Assembly: GCA_016180645.1 (NCBI GenBank)
Contig: JACPAV010000012.1
Coordinates: 62,001-102,030 of the forward strand
Length of the DNA: 40,030 nucleotides
Source: Nitrospirota bacterium
GTDB taxonomy: Bacteria; JACPQY01
Direction of reading: 5' to 3'
Below, piece after piece: positions 35,227-40,030 of the stretch (position 1 is its first letter; every line of letters begins with the position of its first letter). Under the pieces are notes generated by a model. The model saw nothing but the letters and a program-made list of their open reading frames with translations, searched no databases and was not told where the DNA came from. The translations under genes were made by a program, and so were the position numbers.

Positions 35227-35933
35227 ACCGCCAAACCGCCTATCGTTTCTTCGCCGGCCTGCTTCTCTACCCCGAGCCCGACCGCATCGAGCACCTGAAA
35301 GCCGCCGCCCGGTGGCTGGCGGAGGGTGACGCCGTAAATCGTGAACCCGTGAACCAGAGCCGAGGAATCGGCAAACGGACGGACGGGATCACGGGATCAC
35401 GGGATCACGGGATCACGCAAGCCGTCCTCTCCCTCAACGGCGACCTCCAGGACGGAGGAAGTGCCGCGGGAGGGCGGGAGCCCGGAGCAGCCAATCTCGC
35501 CGACCTGCAATCCGACTACGTCCGCTTCTTCCGCTCCAGCCGCCATGACTTCTGCTACCCGTACGAGGGAGCCTACGTGGATCCGGAGATGAGCGCGGCT
35601 CTCTCGTTCCGGCTGGAGTCCGAATACGCCCAAGTCGGCGTCCAACTCTCCGTCAAGGATTTCCCCGACCACGCGGCCACGGAACTTGAGTTCATGTCCT
35701 ATCTCTGCGGACTTGAAGCGCGGGCGGCGATGGAAGGGTACGGAGATGCCGTGGCCGGCTGGCGCCGCCGGGAGCAGATTTTCCTGCGTGACCACCTGGG
35801 CAGATGGTTCCCCCAGTTCGCCCGTCGAGTGGGCGAAACGTCCAGGGGATTCTACCGCGGCGTCTGCGCCGGGGCGGCCGACTTCATTGCCTCCGACAAG
35901 ACCTGCCTGGAAAGGCTGACCCCCGTCATGTAA
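35187..35933 (+). CDS. TorD/DmsD-family molybdoenzyme chaperone
   Basis: YRFFAGLLLYP, DYVRFF, PYEGAY, PDHAATELEFMSYL, FLRDHLGRW. Start uncertain: the frame is open back to CTG 35028. Confidence 0.88.
   Translation: MARHGTWPEGSPLHRQTAYRFFAGLLLYPEPDRIEHLKAAARWLAEGDAVNREPVNQSRGIGKRTDGITGSRDHGITQAVLSLNGDLQDGGSAAGGREPGAANLADLQSDYVRFFRSSRHDFCYPYEGAYVDPEMSAALSFRLESEYAQVGVQLSVKDFPDHAATELEFMSYLCGLEARAAMEGYGDAVAGWRRREQIFLRDHLGRWFPQFARRVGETSRGFYRGVCAGAADFIASDKTCLERLTPVM
35383..35417. repeat. (ACGGGATC)x4 perfect tandem repeat inside the torD-like gene
   Basis: Units start at 35383, 35391, 35399 and 35407, followed by a partial ACG. Confidence 0.9.
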
Positions 35934-35949
35934 CCCCCACGGGGGAGCT

Positions 35950-36915
35950 GTGAACATCCGCTCCGCCGTGTCCAAAGGCGCCTGGGTGCTCGTCGGAGGC
36001 ATCGCCCTGACCGCGGGCTTTCTCGCCGTGGAAAGCTGGTGGTCCGCGCGGGAGGGGAGTAGACCCTTCGATATCCGCACGGGGTCGGACAACGTTCTCA
36101 AGGCGGATAGCCCTGTCCATCCGCTGAGAATCGCCATCGCGCCCGTCCTTTCGGTCAATCGGACAATCGAGGGATACCAGTCCATTGCGGACTACCTCTC
36201 ATACCGTCTGGCCGGCCCGGTCCGACTCGTCCAGCGGAAAACCTACGGCGAAGTCAACGAACTCCTTCGCCATGGGACGGTCCAGGCCGCCATCATCTGC
36301 ACCGGCGCCTACATCCAGGCTCAGGCGGACAGGGTCCCTCTCGACGCCATTGCCGTTCCGATCTACACGGACGGGCCGGTGTACTATTCCTTCATCATCG
36401 TGCGCGCGGAGGATGCCGCTCGCACGATGACCGATCTGAAGGGGCGCTCGTTTGCCTTCAGCGACCCGCTTTCTTTGAGCGGCCACTACTACGCCCTCTC
36501 CATGCTGTTGGATAGGGGAGTCAATCCCGGGGAATACTTTTCCGGGACGACGTTCACCTACAGTCACGACGGCAGCATCAAGGCCGTGGTGGATGGAATC
36601 GCGGACGGAGCCGCCGTGGACAGCCTCGTCTATGACTACGAAGTTCGCCACAACCCGGCCCTTGCTAGGTCGCTCCGGATCGTCCACCGTTCTCCGCCGT
36701 TCGGCTCGTCGCCCGTGGTGGTACCGAGGGCTCTCGAGCCGCCTCTCCGAGCCCATCTTCAGAAGGCATTTCTGAACATGGCCGATTCCAAGCTGGGAAG
36801 GGATACGCTCGATTCGCTCGCCATCCGGCGTTTCGAGGCCCCGCCGCCCGGACTATACGATTCCGCCGAGAACATCATTCGCAAAGTCGATCGCTACCTC
36901 CAGGGCCACCGGTAG
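35950..36915 (+). CDS. PhnD-fold periplasmic oxyanion-binding sensor (AioX/ArxX/ArrT-like)
   Basis: N-terminal TM; LVQRKTYGEVNELL, AAIICTGAY, YYSFIIV, FAFSDPLSLSG, TYSHDGSIKAV..DGAAVDSLVY; lies upstream of a kinase/regulator pair with no ABC genes in the window. Confidence 0.85.
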   Translation: MNIRSAVSKGAWVLVGGIALTAGFLAVESWWSAREGSRPFDIRTGSDNVLKADSPVHPLRIAIAPVLSVNRTIEGYQSIADYLSYRLAGPVRLVQRKTYGEVNELLRHGTVQAAIICTGAYIQAQADRVPLDAIAVPIYTDGPVYYSFIIVRAEDAARTMTDLKGRSFAFSDPLSLSGHYYALSMLLDRGVNPGEYFSGTTFTYSHDGSIKAVVDGIADGAAVDSLVYDYEVRHNPALARSLRIVHRSPPFGSSPVVVPRALEPPLRAHLQKAFLNMADSKLGRDTLDSLAIRRFEAPPPGLYDSAENIIRKVDRYLQGHR

Positions 36916-36920
36916 GTGCC

Positions 36921-38339
36921 ATGTTCGCCCGGCTCGTGCGCCGACCCCTCAAGCTTCGGACGAGAATTTCGGCATCGTTTGTCATCCTTCTAGCCATCTG
37001 CGTCGGGTTTCTGGCCATCTCACTCGGGTACCTCGTTTCAAAATCTTCCCTCGGTTTCTACCGTGAGAGGGGCGTCCACATCACGAGCGCCCTCGCCGCG
37101 CAGGCCGGCCCGTTGGTCTACTATGAAGATCTGACGGGGCTGGCCAATCTCCTCCAGTCGCAAATGAAGGCGATCCCGGACATCCGGTATATCGCCGTGC
37201 TGGAGCCGGATGGTCGCCCCATTTGGAGCACGTTCCCGTCGGGACTGCCGGCCGATCTCCTCGCCGTGCCGCACGAAACGAAGAGAAGTTCCGAAGTGTC
37301 GGCGCGGATCGTTCGCATGGCTGAAAAATTGCTCTATGACTATGAAGTTCGGAAGGGTCAGGTGGTCGTCCGGATCGGTATGACGCTCTCCCCTGTACAA
37401 GCCCTCAACCATGCGATCGTGATTTCCGCGGTGTGGATCGGATGCGGCTGCATCCTTGCGGCGGTGCTCCTGGCGCTGTACATCAGCCGCCCCTTGGAGG
37501 CCCTCAGCTCGGCCATTGAACGGGCCGTCGTCCTCGATCGTCGCACGGGAGGCGGAGAGGGGGTTAAAGATACTCTGGAAACCTCCGCCATAGCGGGACA
37601 CTTCCATGATCTCATGGCTCGATTGGAGGAACGAACCAAGCAGCTCGACGCCGCGAAGAAGCTCGCGTATCTCGGCGAGGTCTCGGCCACGATAGCCCAC
37701 GAGGTCAACAACCCCCTCGGTGTTCTGGCTATGAACTCCGAGTTTCTGGAAGATCGGGCGCGTTCGGGAGAATTGACCCCTGATGCGGCGCGGGAGGTCG
37801 CCCGATTGAGGATCGCGTCCAGGCGGGCCACGTTGGCCGTACAGAAATTTCTCCAGTTCGCGCGGTACACGACGGCGGGCGGCCTCCGGCCGCGACCGGC
37901 CAAACTTCCCACAATGGTCCAGGAGTGTGTGGAACTGCTGGGGGACAAGATCCATCTTGCCCGATGCGTCATCCGCACAGATATTCCGTCCAACCTCCCG
38001 CCGGTCATGTGCGACGGCCAGGGCCTCCAGCAGGTCCTGTTCAACTTCTTGACCAACGCCGTGGACGCGAGTCCGGAGGGGGGGGAGATCGTCGTTCGCG
38101 CGTCGCTTGACGGTGATGGCCTTCATCTGCAAGTCTCGGATCAAGGAAAGGGAATGAGTGAGGACGAATTGAATCGCGCGACGGAACCGTTTTTTACGAC
38201 CAAGGAGGAAGGTTTGGGCCTGGGTCTGGCCATCTCGCATTCCATCGTGCGTGCCCATGGGGGAACGTTGGAGTTGCGGAGCGAGGCCGGCAAGGGCACG
38301 ACTGCCACGGTGATTCTGCCCACCAAGGGGCTTGCCTGA
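36921..38339 (+). CDS. Membrane sensor histidine kinase (NtrB-type; AioS/ArrS position)
   Basis: 2 TM; AHEVNNPL, NFLTNAVDA, DQGKGM, EPFFTTK, GLGLGL. Confidence 0.92.
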   Translation: MFARLVRRPLKLRTRISASFVILLAICVGFLAISLGYLVSKSSLGFYRERGVHITSALAAQAGPLVYYEDLTGLANLLQSQMKAIPDIRYIAVLEPDGRPIWSTFPSGLPADLLAVPHETKRSSEVSARIVRMAEKLLYDYEVRKGQVVVRIGMTLSPVQALNHAIVISAVWIGCGCILAAVLLALYISRPLEALSSAIERAVVLDRRTGGGEGVKDTLETSAIAGHFHDLMARLEERTKQLDAAKKLAYLGEVSATIAHEVNNPLGVLAMNSEFLEDRARSGELTPDAAREVARLRIASRRATLAVQKFLQFARYTTAGGLRPRPAKLPTMVQECVELLGDKIHLARCVIRTDIPSNLPPVMCDGQGLQQVLFNFLTNAVDASPEGGEIVVRASLDGDGLHLQVSDQGKGMSEDELNRATEPFFTTKEEGLGLGLAISHSIVRAHGGTLELRSEAGKGTTATVILPTKGLA

Positions 38340-38364
38340 GTGCTGTTCCTGAGATCTCCGAAAC

Positions 38365-38421
38365 GTAGGGGAGCATCTTCAGATGCTCCCGCCTTGGGAG
38401 GGTCAAAAGACCCTCCCCTAC
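38365..38421. repeat. GTAG REP doublet (57 bp)
   Basis: GTAGGGGAGCATCTTCAGATGCTCCC-gcctt-GGGAGGGTCAAAAGACCCTCCCCTAC. Confidence 0.88.
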
Positions 38422-38467
38422 AAGAACATGCCGGGACGACACCGCCCTGGGAATCCCTCTAGGTCCG

Positions 38468-39805
38468 ATGGAAATCGATTCCCACGCGAAGATCCTCGTC
38501 GTCGAAGACGATCAAGCCATGCAGGAAACTTGCCGCCAGGCCCTCGGGAAGGTCGGTTACGAGACGGTCGGGGCGACGTCCCCCAGAGAGGCGGAGCCGA
38601 TTCTGCTCAAGGAAGACATCGATCTCGTGGTGACGGACCTGAAGATGCCTCATGGAGGCGGCCAAGAGGTTCTCCGCACCGCCCGGAAGATTTCACCGCA
38701 CCTTCCCGTCATCCTCATTACCGCCTATCCTTCCGTCCAATCCGCCGTGGACATGTTCAAGCGCGGCCTGGCGGACTACCTCACCAAGCCGTTTACCGTG
38801 GACCAACTCCGGCAATCGGTCCGCGCGGCGTTGCAAACCGGCCACGCGAGGGATCGATCGGAGTTGCTGCGGCAAGTCGGCCCGTCGGATTGGGAGGCGC
38901 CGGGGCTCGTGGGCGCCTCCGCGAGGGCGCGGGCTCTGCTCGCAGAAATCCGCCGCGTTGCAGCGGCGGAAGCGCACGTTCTTGTTTCAGGTGAAGCAGG
39001 CGCGGGACGAGAGGCTGTCGCGCGCGCCATCCACCGCTTCTCGGCCCGATCCGTGGGACCCTTTGTCGTGCTTCACTGCGCCTCGATCGAGGATTTTCCG
39101 GCGGCGGAGAGTCGGAAGGGCGGATGGGCGGGGGCCTTGGAGCAGGCATCGAGAGGCAGCCTCTTCCTGGATGAGGTGGGCGATCTACCTCGCGAGTTCC
39201 AGCCGAAACTGCTCGGCCTGGGTGTGGCGCGCGGAGGGAAGATCGCCGGGTCCACCGATGCGAGGGTTCTGGCCGCAACGTTCAAGGATCTACGCGAGGA
39301 AGTGCGGGCAGGCCGATTCAGGGAGGATGCCTACTATCATCTCGCCGGACTCGACATCCATGTCCCGCCGCTTCGCGAACGTCTTGAAGACGTGCCCGCC
39401 ATTGCCGTCGCGATTCTCGATCGAATGCCCGGCAGGGGGGAATCGCCCGAGATCGCCGGATTCGCGGAGGAGGCATTGGAACGGCTCTCGACGTATGCGT
39501 GGCCCGGCAACCTGCGGGAACTGGAGAACACGATCCGCAAGGCGGTGGCCCGAGCCGAAGGGCCGCTGATCAAGGCGGAGGATCTTGATCTGGGTGGATC
39601 GCTTTCCGCTGCCTCCAAGAAGGGCGCAACCGAGAAAGCCTCTCCCCGCGACCTGGCCGTCGGCGAATACGAAAGGAAATACATCACCTCCGCTCTTTCG
39701 GACCACGACGGCAACATCAGTCACACCGCGATCGCTCTCGGCGTCCATCGCACCACCCTCCAGCGGCTCATGAAGAAGCACGGCATCACCGGCTCCGGCC
39801 GGTAG
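38468..39805 (+). CDS. NtrC-family REC-AAA+-Fis HTH regulator with a degenerate AAA+ domain
   Basis: VVEDD, TDLKMP, KPF; GEAGAGRE, LFLDEVG, GRFREDAYY, WPGNLRELEN, ALGVHRTTL; no GAFTGA. Confidence 0.92.
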   Translation: MEIDSHAKILVVEDDQAMQETCRQALGKVGYETVGATSPREAEPILLKEDIDLVVTDLKMPHGGGQEVLRTARKISPHLPVILITAYPSVQSAVDMFKRGLADYLTKPFTVDQLRQSVRAALQTGHARDRSELLRQVGPSDWEAPGLVGASARARALLAEIRRVAAAEAHVLVSGEAGAGREAVARAIHRFSARSVGPFVVLHCASIEDFPAAESRKGGWAGALEQASRGSLFLDEVGDLPREFQPKLLGLGVARGGKIAGSTDARVLAATFKDLREEVRAGRFREDAYYHLAGLDIHVPPLRERLEDVPAIAVAILDRMPGRGESPEIAGFAEEALERLSTYAWPGNLRELENTIRKAVARAEGPLIKAEDLDLGGSLSAASKKGATEKASPRDLAVGEYERKYITSALSDHDGNISHTAIALGVHRTTLQRLMKKHGITGSGR

Positions 39806-39829
39806 TGCCGCAGCCTCTTCTTGGTCCCT

Positions 39830-39886
39830 GTAGGGGAGGGGTCTATCCCCCTCCCGTAGGGGGGAGCCCGCAAAGGGCTCCCCTAC
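39830..39886. repeat. GTAG REP doublet (57 bp)
   Basis: GTAGGGGAGGGGTCTATCCCCCTCCC..GGGAGCCCGCAAAGGGCTCCCCTAC, 24 nt after the regulator stop codon. Confidence 0.82.
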
Positions 39887-39985
39887 GGCCTCAGCTCGAC
39901 TTTTGCCATTCTTCCATGCTGTGTGAACATCGCTCAGAATCTCGCTCGGATGGGAAGGTATCTTCAGACACCGCTCAAGCGATTC

Positions 39986-40030
39986 GTAGGGGAGCATCTT
40001 CAGATGCTCCCTCTTGTCGGGAGGGTCTGA
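39986..40030. repeat. GTAG REP doublet cut by the window end
   Basis: GTAGGGGAGCATCTTCAGATGCTCCC (identical to 38365-38390), then the start of a partner arm, GGGAGGGTCTGA. Confidence 0.85.

Noticed and set aside
35950-36915. Phosphonate ABC transporter phnD
   Set aside because: No permease or ATPase genes in the window; context and the conserved Cys favour a sensory role.
31453-40030. CRISPR array from recurring ~26-bp palindromes
   Set aside because: Copies are dispersed inverted doublets with no regular spacers, and there are no cas genes.

Overview
High-GC bacterial window; the gene content suggests an uncultured deltaproteobacterial-like lineage (inference). It has three blocks. (1) 1-8 kb: envelope and housekeeping genes (Amidase_3 missed by the ORF track, TolB-like propeller, thiE, ZIP transporter), then a monoheme cytochrome c, a pentaheme cytochrome c and a PHP-like metallohydrolase lipoprotein. 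(2) 8.3-22.9 kb: a tightly coupled minus-strand operon (REC-HD-GYP, PAS-PAS-GGDEF-EAL, ~1950-aa repeat surface protein with FlgD-Ig and CFI-box C-terminus, PorV-like barrel, sensor kinase), divergent from a PhoB/OmpR regulator preceded by 11-bp-period repeats. (3) 23-40 kb: a metalloid-redox island containing a broken MazF-like toxin, arsR plus an acr3-arsC fusion, three membrane-bound multiheme cytochromes (about 38 heme motifs), and a divergent Tat-lipoprotein molybdoenzyme operon (A, B, TorD chaperone) followed by an AioX/ArrT-like binding protein, a kinase and a GAFTGA-less NtrC-like regulator. Two results stand out. First, an atypical Arr/Arx-like enzyme with altered Fe-S motifs and no NrfD anchor. 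Second, a 67-bp structured mini-element found twice, each time inserted with a CC duplication at the stem/loop junction of a different GTAG REP hairpin (net +69 bp, frame-preserving).
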